Source: Candidatus Multivorans sp.
GTDB taxonomy: Bacteria; Acidobacteriota; Thermoanaerobaculia; Multivoradales; Multivoraceae
Assembly: GCA_965247095.1 (NCBI GenBank)
Contig: OZ251997.1
Coordinates: 4,416,001-4,480,000 of the forward strand
Length of the DNA: 64,000 bases
Reading direction: 5' to 3'
A program made the translations under genes and the position numbers. The notes under the pieces were generated by a model. The model was given only the letters and a program-made list of their open reading frames with translations, had not been told where the DNA came from and did not search any database. How positions within the stretch are numbered: position 1 is the first letter of the stretch; every line of letters starts with the position of its first letter. Of this stretch, positions 55,511 through 64,000 are shown one piece after another.

Positions 55511-56947
55511 ATGGGAAGACTGCGAAGACTGCGAAGGCAAGCTGGCAAGTTGCCGGACTCGGTTTTCCTTGTGTGCCTCGTGCTGGCGCCGCTATCCGTC
55601 CTGGCCGTGCCGGGGGACGCTGTAGCACAGGCGCCCGCGCCTGCGACCGGCGAACTGCCGGATGTCGAGTGCCTTCGTCTGATGCGTCGGGCGCAGATCG
55701 CGTGGCTGTCCTCCCAGCCGGCCGAGGAGATCGGATGGCTCAAGAGGGCGCGCCGCGATTGCAACGAGCCGGTTGCGCCCCTCACCGCACTGCTGCGAGT
55801 CCATCGGCGAAACCCGCTGCCTGAGAACGAGATGCAGGGGTATCGAAGAGAACTGCTCGGGGCGTTGGACGATCCATCTACTGCACCGTCGCCAGGTGTT
55901 GTCGAGCACATCGCCCGCAGTGAGGAAGCGGACGAAACGGTGCTGCTGGCGGCGTTCGGCCTGGTGGAGCAGCGGCTGGCGCTGGAGAGTCCAGATCGCG
56001 CACGGTTCCTGCGGTTGAAAGCACTGCTGCAGCAGCGTCTCCGGCGGCTCCCCGAGGCTACGGAAACGGTCGTGCAGTTGCGCGCCACCGAGCCGCGGAA
56101 CGAAGAGATCGCCTGGGCCCTGCTACGACTGCTCATTCTCCAGTCGAATTGGGGCGCCACCGCCGACCTGCTCGGTGAGATGGTGCGGGATGGCGCGCAG
56201 GGACTTCGCTCTCGCTATGCACAGGCGCTTGCGCGGGCCGGCCGTGTGGACGAAGCGAATCAGCAGTTGAGGATCGTTGCCTCTGAACTCGACCATAGCG
56301 ATCAGATGGAGCTGAATGACTTCGCGGCGGAGGTTCTCACCGCCGCGTGGAATTTGAGGGATTCTGGCCGTTTCGATGAAGCGGAGAGCCTGTTCCGCCT
56401 CGCTGAGGAGCATGCGCATGAGGACAACCGGGTCAGCAGGGAGGCGAGGCGTGCGCTCGTTGAACTCTACGGCACGAAGGAACAGCGCGCCTCGCACCGG
56501 CAGGCGGCGGAGGATCAGTGGCAGCAGGTGACGGATCCCCAGTTGATCCTGAACGAGGGTGCGAACCAACTGAGTGCGGGCAATTTCGATCGGGCGATCG
56601 AGCTATTGAAGCGGGCGGCCGAAGAGCTGGGTCACCTGGAGGCGGTCTGGTACAACCTGGGCTTTGCCGCGTATCGAGCGGAACGGTGGGAAGAGGCGTC
56701 GCAGGCGCTTGATCGTGCTGGCGAGTTGAACGATCAGCGGGCGGACACCTTCTTCTTCAGCGGTCTCGCGCTTGCCAACCTGGAGCGCTGGGAGGAGGCG
56801 ATTCCGCGGCTACTGCGGACTCTCGAGCTCGATCCAGGGCGGCGTCTGGCCCACTACCACCTTTGGGTGTGCTACAAGTCGCTCGGCCGTGAAGCCGAGG
56901 CCGCCAGTCACCGGGCTGAGTACGACTCTCTGGGTGAAGGGCAGTAG
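55511..56947 (+). CDS. Secreted TPR protein
   Basis: Signal peptide; C-terminal TPRs (WYNLG, FFFSGLAL, HYHL). Confidence 0.8.
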   Translation: MGRLRRLRRQAGKLPDSVFLVCLVLAPLSVLAVPGDAVAQAPAPATGELPDVECLRLMRRAQIAWLSSQPAEEIGWLKRARRDCNEPVAPLTALLRVHRRNPLPENEMQGYRRELLGALDDPSTAPSPGVVEHIARSEEADETVLLAAFGLVEQRLALESPDRARFLRLKALLQQRLRRLPEATETVVQLRATEPRNEEIAWALLRLLILQSNWGATADLLGEMVRDGAQGLRSRYAQALARAGRVDEANQQLRIVASELDHSDQMELNDFAAEVLTAAWNLRDSGRFDEAESLFRLAEEHAHEDNRVSREARRALVELYGTKEQRASHRQAAEDQWQQVTDPQLILNEGANQLSAGNFDRAIELLKRAAEELGHLEAVWYNLGFAAYRAERWEEASQALDRAGELNDQRADTFFFSGLALANLERWEEAIPRLLRTLELDPGRRLAHYHLWVCYKSLGREAEAASHRAEYDSLGEGQ

Positions 56948-56971
56948 GCGCGCTCGGGGAGAAGAGCTCTA

Positions 56972-58366
56972 CTAGAACTTTCGAACGTAGCGTTCGAACT
57001 CAGCTTGCAACGCCTCGGGCGTTGTCCCATAGGCCGCGGTGATCGCGTCCTGTCCTGAGTAGCCCTCGACGAGGTAGAGCAGCATTGCGGCGAAGGGTTG
57101 CTCGGTGTCCCACTCCTCCCTGCCGTGGCGCAGGAAGTGGGTCAGCAGCCAGGAGAAACCGTAGTACTGCTGGTAGCGCAGGCCGTAGAACGTGTCTCGC
57201 GTCGCTTCGAGAAGCTCGGCCACGGTCGGCGCTTCGCCCCGCTTCAAGCTCGCGCGAGCTTCGGCCAGGCTCCAACTCGCCGTGCCCCGCAACTGCCGGG
57301 CGCGACGGTGGAAGATGACGTACTTGCTGCCGCTTGTCTTGCCCGGAATCAGGTGACCTTTCTCGATCTTGGAGTTGGCAAAGTACTCTGCCAGACCCTC
57401 TTCGGCCCATCGCGGCAGCTCCTTCCCGGGCGCCGTCAGGTGGCTGTCGCTGAATGCGTGGAAGGCTTCGTGGAACATCGAGTGCACCAGTTGGTCAGAG
57501 CTCTGGACTTGCTGGTGGAAGGCCATCAGACCGGGCGGACGATAGAAGCCGGCGCCGAAGCCCGTGCTGCCCAATTGCCGTTGCAGTGCGACGAGACTCG
57601 CCTGCTGGCGAAACAGATAGACGACGGTCTTGAAGTTCTCCGGCAGCGGCTCGATGTGCGGATCGAAGAGCGAGTGGAAGACCTGATAGATCGCCTCCAT
57701 GTTGCCGGCAAGAGCAGTGATCGTCGCTTCTTCCCTGGCGTCGCTGATCAGGATGAAGCGGCGAGTCTCCCGACGTCTCCGGTGATCCTTGTCGATGTAC
57801 CTCTCCGCGGCCTCGACGGCGCGGTTTAGCGCCCGGGCGCGTTGGGATGGAGTCAGCGGTTCGGCTAGTTCGGTCAGGCCGCCCGCCGCCACGAGCACCT
57901 CGAGCTGTGGGTCGAAGTTCTGGCTGGCGAGTTCGTACTGACGTTCTCCTTCAGGACTCTCGAACTTCAGGCGCCACGAGAGGGTTGAGGGCACGGGCTT
58001 GTCCTCCCCGTCCCTGGCCGGCCCGTAGCGCCAGTCCGCCAGATTGCGCTTCACATGGAACCGGAGCAGATCGTCGAACCTGGACGAAGGTTGGATCGCG
58101 AGAACCTCCACGCCGGTCACCGCTCCCGCAGAATCAATCTCGATGCGGACCTCAACCTCCGGGTCGAGATCGCTGCCGGCCATCGCTCTCGGCGCGACCA
58201 GTTCGTAGTTGCGGATCGCCACCGGGCCGGCGACGATCTCGTCCGCGTCTTGCTGGGCCGCGGCGGCCGCGGCGCCAGCTACGAGCCCGAGGAAGCTGAC
58301 TGCCGTAAACAGGGCCGGTAGACAATGCCGGCCGCCGCGGGTGCGGTTGCTGACGTCCGCGCTCAG
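56972..58366 (-). CDS. TonB C-terminal-like + DUF1570 gluzincin peptidase (start uncertain)
   Basis: VRIEIDSAGAV...WRYGPA; HEAFH...PRWAEEGLAEYF; YGFSWLLTHFL. Confidence 0.75.
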   Translation of the reverse strand: MSADVSNRTRGGRHCLPALFTAVSFLGLVAGAAAAAAQQDADEIVAGPVAIRNYELVAPRAMAGSDLDPEVEVRIEIDSAGAVTGVEVLAIQPSSRFDDLLRFHVKRNLADWRYGPARDGEDKPVPSTLSWRLKFESPEGERQYELASQNFDPQLEVLVAAGGLTELAEPLTPSQRARALNRAVEAAERYIDKDHRRRRETRRFILISDAREEATITALAGNMEAIYQVFHSLFDPHIEPLPENFKTVVYLFRQQASLVALQRQLGSTGFGAGFYRPPGLMAFHQQVQSSDQLVHSMFHEAFHAFSDSHLTAPGKELPRWAEEGLAEYFANSKIEKGHLIPGKTSGSKYVIFHRRARQLRGTASWSLAEARASLKRGEAPTVAELLEATRDTFYGLRYQQYYGFSWLLTHFLRHGREEWDTEQPFAAMLLYLVEGYSGQDAITAAYGTTPEALQAEFERYVRKF

Positions 58367-59151
58367 TCGCCGGAGACGGGCCACTTCAGGACCCTGCGCG
58401 TGCTGGGCGGCTCGGCGCCGCCGTCCACGACGGCCTGAGGCCCCCGCGTCGACCCATCGGGCAGGAAGGAGCGCAGCCAGGCGGTGGCGACCACTTCGGC
58501 GATCCCGAGGATCTCGCCGCGGCTGCTGCGGGGGTGCGCCGCGGCCGTTTCCACCAGCTCGACGAGTCCCCGTTCGGCGGCGCCGGCCGGGAAGCCGAAG
58601 ACCCCGCACAGACGTCCCGTGGTCTCGCCCTCCAAGGCCACGACGCGCGTGCCGACGAGGTCGCCGGCTTCCAGGGGCTCCATCGCCGGATGCGGTTCGA
58701 CCTGGACCTGCTGGCGGCTGGTCACCTCTTCCAGCGCGACCCGGCCGTTCTCCGGACCGATGCGGTAGAGCTGCAGGCGGCTTCCGACCAGTGCCTCCAG
58801 CCAGCGCCGCTCCGTCACTTCCAGCAGCAGCCCACCCGCTCCGAGCAGCTTGTCGGCGAAGCTGAAGGAGCGGCAGTCGCCCTCGTCGGCGTCCGGCTCG
58901 AAGCGCCCCTGGGCGAGCAGGCAGCTCATCGCGTTGGCGAAGAAGATGGCCTGATCGCGGCCACTGCGGGCCTGCAACTGCTCTTCGAGGTCGATCCGCT
59001 CCTGGTCGTCCAGGCCGATCAGGAACTGGTCCTCGATCGCCCACTCGACTTCCTCGCCGTACCGTTCCAGCAGCCAGCCGCTTGCTCGCTCCACCGCGCG
59101 CCCGAGCGCGTCGGGGCCGATCGAAGGGGGGGCAACGTGCTGCTGTTCCAT
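58363..59151 (-). CDS. Hypothetical protein
   Basis: 262-aa ORF with genome-like codon usage. Confidence 0.6.
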   Translation of the reverse strand: MEQQHVAPPSIGPDALGRAVERASGWLLERYGEEVEWAIEDQFLIGLDDQERIDLEEQLQARSGRDQAIFFANAMSCLLAQGRFEPDADEGDCRSFSFADKLLGAGGLLLEVTERRWLEALVGSRLQLYRIGPENGRVALEEVTSRQQVQVEPHPAMEPLEAGDLVGTRVVALEGETTGRLCGVFGFPAGAAERGLVELVETAAAHPRSSRGEILGIAEVVATAWLRSFLPDGSTRGPQAVVDGGAEPPSTRRVLKWPVSGD

Positions 59152-59237
59152 GCCGGGATGCTAACGCCGATTCTCTGTAAATACCACAAAAGGCGTAACT
59201 TAGCGATAAGGATGCCCTCTTCGAAGCGGCACCCTGT

Positions 59238-60296
59238 TTATGCGGAATCGGTGTCTTCCTCGCCATTTGAGGCGTCCATCACGGCGTACGCGCGCTCTAC
59301 GCACTGGAGCTTGATCGTGTCCGGGGCAGTGGCCAGGAAGCCCTGCCACTCGATCGTCGAGATCGCCTCTTCGGCGGTCAGACCCTGGTCGCGAGCGCTC
59401 ACGGCCTGGTTCCAGAAGTCGCTCAGGAAGTCGCGCAGCGCCGCCACCTGGGCCATGTCGCTGAACGCCTCCCCGTGGCCGGGAAGGATCAGGTCGAAAT
59501 CGAGTTCCTCGAAGCGGTCCAGCGTTTCGAGCCATTCGTCGACGTAGCCGTCGCCGATGTAGGCGCCGCCGGCCAGCACCAGGTCGCCGGTGAACACAAC
59601 CCGCTCGTTGGGCAGCAGGACGACCACGTCGCCGCCGGTGTGACCGCGGCCCAGGTGGAGCAGTTCAATCGGCCGGTCCTGGCCTTCCCAGGTGCGGTGG
59701 ATCGTCATTCGCTTCTTGAGCGTCATGTTCGGCGGCGTCGGTTCGGTCTCGTCGAGGTCGACGTAATGCGCTTCCTGGACTGCGATCTGCTGCATCAGAT
59801 CTTCCTTGTCCTTGCCGTCCTCCATGGCGTCGGCGTTCTTCTTCATCTCCGCGATCTGGTCGGGGATCCAGTTGGAGAAGTTCTGGAACGTGCCCTGCTC
59901 CAGAACGTCGCTCATCAGCATCTCGCGTGTGAACTCGTGGCCGACAATCGCCACGTCCTCGGGGAAGACCTGGTTCCCGTGCGCGTGGTCGAAGTGGTAG
60001 TGGGTGTTCACGAGGTGCGTTACGGGCTTGTCCGTGACCTCCGCGATCGCGGCGAGCAGGGCGCGGGCCGCGGCCGGCGTGACGTGGGAGTCGACGACCA
60101 GTGCGTCCTCGTCGGTGAGCACGAGCATCGAGTTGCTCTGGACGAAGATCGAGCCCGTGCCGACGACGAAGTAGACGCCGGGGGCCACCTCGTCGAAGCG
60201 GTGGGTCTCGACGTCTTCGGCGGCGCAGCCGGCGAGACAGGCGGCCAGGGCGACGACGACGAGACAGGTAAGGGCGGGGCGGTAGGTCGGACGCAT
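59238..60296 (-). CDS. MBL-fold metallo-hydrolase lipoprotein
   Basis: LAGC lipobox, THYHFDHAHGN, GHTGGD, PGHG. Confidence 0.9.
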   Translation of the reverse strand: MRPTYRPALTCLVVVALAACLAGCAAEDVETHRFDEVAPGVYFVVGTGSIFVQSNSMLVLTDEDALVVDSHVTPAAARALLAAIAEVTDKPVTHLVNTHYHFDHAHGNQVFPEDVAIVGHEFTREMLMSDVLEQGTFQNFSNWIPDQIAEMKKNADAMEDGKDKEDLMQQIAVQEAHYVDLDETEPTPPNMTLKKRMTIHRTWEGQDRPIELLHLGRGHTGGDVVVLLPNERVVFTGDLVLAGGAYIGDGYVDEWLETLDRFEELDFDLILPGHGEAFSDMAQVAALRDFLSDFWNQAVSARDQGLTAEEAISTIEWQGFLATAPDTIKLQCVERAYAVMDASNGEEDTDSA

Positions 60297-60373
60297 GGAG
60301 TTGCTCCTCTCCGTTCTGTTCCTGGTAATCATAGAGCCTCCGGGGCCGGATTCGGCGCCTTCCGTCGGTGAAT

Positions 60374-62095
60374 TCAGAGTTCCAGCCGCCGCATCTGGCG
60401 CACCGCGTAGTCGCAGGCGCGGGCGGTGAGCGCCATGTAGGTCAGGCTCGGGTTCTGACAGGCGGACGACGCCATCGCGGCGCCGTCGGTGACGAACAGG
60501 TTGGGCACGTCCCAGGACTGGCACCAGCCGTTGAGCACCGAGGTCTCGGGATCCCGGCCCATCCGCGCCGTGCCCATCTCGTGGATCGCGAAGCCGGGCA
60601 GGGAGTTGCGGTTGAAGGTGCGGATGTTCGTAGCACCCAGCGCTTCCAGCATCTCGGCCGCGCGGTTCTGGATGCCCTCGCGCATGGCGCGCTCGTTCTC
60701 GCCGTAGTTCATCGTGATCCGGGCGGCGGGGATGCCCCATCGGTCCTTGAGTTCCGGGTCGATGGTTACCCGGTTGTCCGGGTTCGGCAGGTTCTCGCCG
60801 AAGCCGGTGAAATTGAGGCGCCAGGGGCCGAGGCCGCGCAAACTGGCCTTGTAGTCGGCGCCGAAGCCCGGTTGGCCGATGCCGCCCTGCCACTGGGTCG
60901 GCCGCCGGGCGCCGCACTGGTAGCCGAAGCCGCGCAGGAAGTCCTTCTCCCGGGTTGCTTCGGCCCGGTCGCCGTCGAGATTCACGAAGCGGGGCAGGTA
61001 GCAGGCGTTCGGCCGCCGCCCGAAGGTCGTCTTGTCCTCCAGGCCGTCCAGATTGCCGTTGGCGCCGGCCTGGAAGATGTGGTCCATCAGGTTGCGGCCG
61101 ACCTGACCGCTGGAGTTCGCCAGGCCCTCGGAGAAGCGGGGGGTCGCCGAGTTCAGGAGGATTCTCGCCGACTCGATCGTCGACGCGCACAGGAAGACGA
61201 GGCGGCCGTGCACTTCGATCGACTCCAGCGACTCGCCGTCGACCAGGTGGACGCCGCTCACCCGGTCGTTCTGCTCGTCGTAGATCAGGTTGTAGACGAC
61301 GCTGTTGGGGCGCACCGTCAAGCGGCCGGTCGCCTCGGCGGCCGGCAGGGTCGCGTTGAGGCTTGAGAAGTAGGACCGGCTCATGCAGCCGCGGCGGCAG
61401 ATGCCGCAGTAGTGGCAGGCGCGGCGACCGAGGTGGTGGCGGGTGAGCACGGCGACCCGGGCGGGAGTGAACCGGCGCGTGCCCCCGAAGGCGCGGTCGA
61501 GGCCCTCTCGAACCCGCTCCTCCATGCAGCTCATGGCGATCGGCGGCAGGAACTGGCCGTCCGGAAGCTGCGGCACGTTCTCGGGCTGGCCGGCGATGCC
61601 GACGAACGACTCCACGTGGTCGTACCAGGGCGCCAGATCCGGGTAGCGGATCGGCCAGTCCGTGCCGTAGCCGTCGCGGGCGTTGGCGCCGAAGTCGAGG
61701 TCGCTCCAGCGGTAGCTCTGCCGGCCCCAGAGCAGGGACCGTCCGCCCACCTGACGGCCGCGAATCCACAGGAACTGCTGGGCGCCCTCACCGACCGAGT
61801 AGGGGTTGTCGATGTCGTCGACGAAGAACTTGCTCGACCACTCGTCGCAGGCGCCGGCGCGGCTCTGGATCGGCTGGCGGTCGGCTTGCTGCTTGCGGTC
61901 CTTCAGGCCCCGGTACGGCATCTGCCAGGGCGGCGTGTGCTCGTTGTAGTCGCGCTCGGGCACCACCGGCGGGCCCGCCTCGAGGACCAGCGTTTCCAGG
62001 CCCTTTTCGGTCAACTCCTTCGCCGCCCAGCCGCCGGTGATGCCGGAGCCGATGACGATCGCGTCCCAGACCTTGCGCTCGATGATCTGAACCAT
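60374..62095 (-). CDS. GMC oxidoreductase, flavoprotein subunit
   Basis: GSGITGG, GGRSLLWGRQSYR, HEMGTARMG, NPSLTYMALTARA. Confidence 0.93.
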   Translation of the reverse strand: MVQIIERKVWDAIVIGSGITGGWAAKELTEKGLETLVLEAGPPVVPERDYNEHTPPWQMPYRGLKDRKQQADRQPIQSRAGACDEWSSKFFVDDIDNPYSVGEGAQQFLWIRGRQVGGRSLLWGRQSYRWSDLDFGANARDGYGTDWPIRYPDLAPWYDHVESFVGIAGQPENVPQLPDGQFLPPIAMSCMEERVREGLDRAFGGTRRFTPARVAVLTRHHLGRRACHYCGICRRGCMSRSYFSSLNATLPAAEATGRLTVRPNSVVYNLIYDEQNDRVSGVHLVDGESLESIEVHGRLVFLCASTIESARILLNSATPRFSEGLANSSGQVGRNLMDHIFQAGANGNLDGLEDKTTFGRRPNACYLPRFVNLDGDRAEATREKDFLRGFGYQCGARRPTQWQGGIGQPGFGADYKASLRGLGPWRLNFTGFGENLPNPDNRVTIDPELKDRWGIPAARITMNYGENERAMREGIQNRAAEMLEALGATNIRTFNRNSLPGFAIHEMGTARMGRDPETSVLNGWCQSWDVPNLFVTDGAAMASSACQNPSLTYMALTARACDYAVRQMRRLEL

Positions 62096-62109
62096 GGTCG
62101 CGGCGGCCC

Positions 62110-62751
62110 TCAGGCGTCCTCGATGTCGACGCAGGGATCCCAACGTCCCGGCACGATCCGGTAGCCGAGTTCCGACTTCATGCCTGCCTCGGAGGTGTAG
62201 TACCCGAACAGGGTCAACCACTTGACGAGGTCGAAAAACGGTTGCTCCTGGAGCCGGTCCGGGTTGCGCGAGAAGGCGCGGCCAGAGCGTATGGCGATCG
62301 CTTCGTTCTGGGCTTCGGTCAGGAGTTGGTCCTTCTGCGTGTCGGAGAGATCGACGAAGCGGGTGGCGTCGGGATTGCCCTCGCGGGCACGGGCGTCGAA
62401 GCGGTCGAGCTCGGCAAGCAGGTGATTCCGCGCCGCGTCCGGCAGCCAGCCCGACAGCAGCCGGTCGACGAAGCCGGGGATCCCGGCGTCGCCGGCGCCC
62501 GGGGTGTCCGTCGTCGGCAGGATGCGCTCGGCGATCGCGTTCAGCGTGCCGGCCTGGTGCTCGGTGAGGACCGTGAGCGGCTGCGGCTCGCCGGCGTCGC
62601 CTTCCTGCCGGTGCAGATGCAGATGGGCGAGGTGGGCATTCGCGAACAGTTCCGCCGGCAGCAACGGCAGGGCGGCCGCGCCCCCGATTACCTGGAGGGC
62701 CCGGCGGCGGCCTATGGCGTTGGTGGGCTCTTCAGCCGGCGAGCGGGTCAT
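62110..62751 (-). CDS. Gluconate 2-dehydrogenase subunit 3 family (Tat)
   Basis: GRRRAL, ILPTTDTPGA, FF..VK.LTL.GYYTSE.G. Confidence 0.88.
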   Translation of the reverse strand: MTRSPAEEPTNAIGRRRALQVIGGAAALPLLPAELFANAHLAHLHLHRQEGDAGEPQPLTVLTEHQAGTLNAIAERILPTTDTPGAGDAGIPGFVDRLLSGWLPDAARNHLLAELDRFDARAREGNPDATRFVDLSDTQKDQLLTEAQNEAIAIRSGRAFSRNPDRLQEQPFFDLVKWLTLFGYYTSEAGMKSELGYRIVPGRWDPCVDIEDA

Positions 62752-62883
62752 CGCGCAGCAGTTTAGCCGCGGTGCGCCGGAGTTGCGGGCGAGACGCCCG
62801 CTCTTGCAGTTCGCGCTAGCTTGCGGATCGCTTGGCGTTGGCGCCGGTCGCGACATTTGGCCGGATACTGGTCGCCGACGAGG

Positions 62884-64000
62884 TCACGCCTTTCTGCCGG
62901 TTGTCGGACCGTAGACAAGGGGGTTGGGCGCGCCGGAATGGGACACCCATCGCGCCTCGCCTGAGTAGCCGTCAAACTGCCCGAGAATGGTGAGGTCGTT
63001 CTCGCCGACGATCAGAGTCAGGGCCGGCAGTCCATCGTTGCCCATCTCTTTGGCGAGGTTGTCGAGAGCTCGTCGATCGAGGCGACTCGGTGACGAGTCC
63101 CGCCCGACCGGGTGCGAGTGCCATTCTCCGACGTAGCCCAGCATCCCGTCAGTAGCGCGTTCATGGCTTCGTACTCTCCGAGAGAGATCTCGTGCTCCCC
63201 GGATGTACAGAGTTGGCCACTCGGTGCTGTCACTCGGAGAGGGAACTCGCGTGACCAGGTGAATTGTCAGGTGTTCCAAGTCGTGCGACCCGATCAGCAC
63301 GCCGCCTGTCTCGTTGGGAAGCTTCTCACACCGTGATCTGTGGAGTTCCTCGACCAGCTTGTCGTCAAGTGCGACCGTCCACTCGCCGAGGCGAAGCCGA
63401 GAGACTCTGGAAGGCACTACGTCCACCCTACGGACCGAGCCGCCCTGACCACATCGCCAGATTGTGATCGCGGCCTCAGATCCGAGTCCTCGAATCTCGG
63501 AACTGGCAATGGCGCCGTGCAGCGCAACACGGTCGTGTGGAAGCACAAACGACACGTCCCGACAGCCCTGACCGAATCTCAAGCGGTCCGCCTTCGCCTC
63601 GTAGTGACCGGCCAGTTGGTCGCTTTCAAAAAGTGCCCGATAGAACTGCACCTCGAGATCATGGAGCGTGAACTCGCGAGCTTCGTCCTCCGCGAGCATC
63701 ACAAGGTCGCTGCCGGCCGGATTGAGGTAGGCCGACACCCGTCGCCCCTCGGAGTCGGCGTGAGCCAAGTACCTGGCCACTGCTACCGAGGCGCTTAGAT
63801 CGAGAATGACGTCTGCGTGTCTTATGGCGTCCTGTACGTGTGCCCGGGTGTTCCTCTCCGTTGACAGCACATTCAGCGGGAGCGACTGGGTGGCCGGTTC
63901 CGTGGTGAAGAGCCCCGAGAGTTCTTCGGCAAGTGCCTGAGACTTCGGGTGGCCCACACGGGAACCGCCTAGGAGGTGCCGACTGAGATTGTGCGGCAGC
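62884..64000 (-). CDS. ThiF/E1-like + JAB (Mov34) fusion, 5' end outside window
   Basis: Frame open to the edge: LPHNLSRH..G.PK, DLSAS, GC; JAB ETGGVLIG, YVGEWHSHP, S..D. Confidence 0.85.
   Translation of the reverse strand, partial: LPHNLSRHLLGGSRVGHPKSQALAEELSGLFTTEPATQSLPLNVLSTERNTRAHVQDAIRHADVILDLSASVAVARYLAHADSEGRRVSAYLNPAGSDLVMLAEDEAREFTLHDLEVQFYRALFESDQLAGHYEAKADRLRFGQGCRDVSFVLPHDRVALHGAIASSEIRGLGSEAAITIWRCGQGGSVRRVDVVPSRVSRLRLGEWTVALDDKLVEELHRSRCEKLPNETGGVLIGSHDLEHLTIHLVTRVPSPSDSTEWPTLYIRGARDLSRRVRSHERATDGMLGYVGEWHSHPVGRDSSPSRLDRRALDNLAKEMGNDGLPALTLIVGENDLTILGQFDGYSGEARWVSHSGAPNPLVYGPTTGRKA

Noticed and set aside
59238-61769. 843-aa MBL fusion, and MBL as partner of the E1-JAB gene
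   Set aside because: The extension overlaps the GMC gene out of frame; this MBL is an exported lipoprotein separated from E1-JAB by metabolic genes.

Overview
High-GC bacterial chromosome segment. A GWxTD/VWA protein, PQQ and F420-type LLM dehydrogenases, ankyrin/TPR genes and many TA remnants suggest an Acidobacteriota genome, possibly a host-associated one such as a sponge symbiont (inference only). Housekeeping and metabolic genes include pfkA, a three-gene pnt operon, a DtxR-FeoA regulator with feoB, type B L31, leuS, ccmC, malY/patB and a GMC dehydrogenase pair. No rRNA, tRNA or CRISPR array was seen. Most notable: (1) a ~68-69 bp two-hairpin mini-element that is nested in a second REP family and also inserted in-frame in a protein gene, while that second REP lies in-frame in a signal peptide; (2) a coupled 7-gene operon joining an MsrQ-like/Rieske redox module to OlsB/OlsA-type aminolipid genes and a hydrolase-DedA-ATP-grasp fusion; (3) an NCS2 permease fused to a degenerate RsbW-like kinase fold, next to GOLPH3/GPP34 and STAS genes; (4) four TA loci that keep the antitoxin but only a stub of the toxin; (5) a partial E1-JAB fusion at the right edge, probably a defence island. 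Family assignments come from motif recognition by eye, not database searches.
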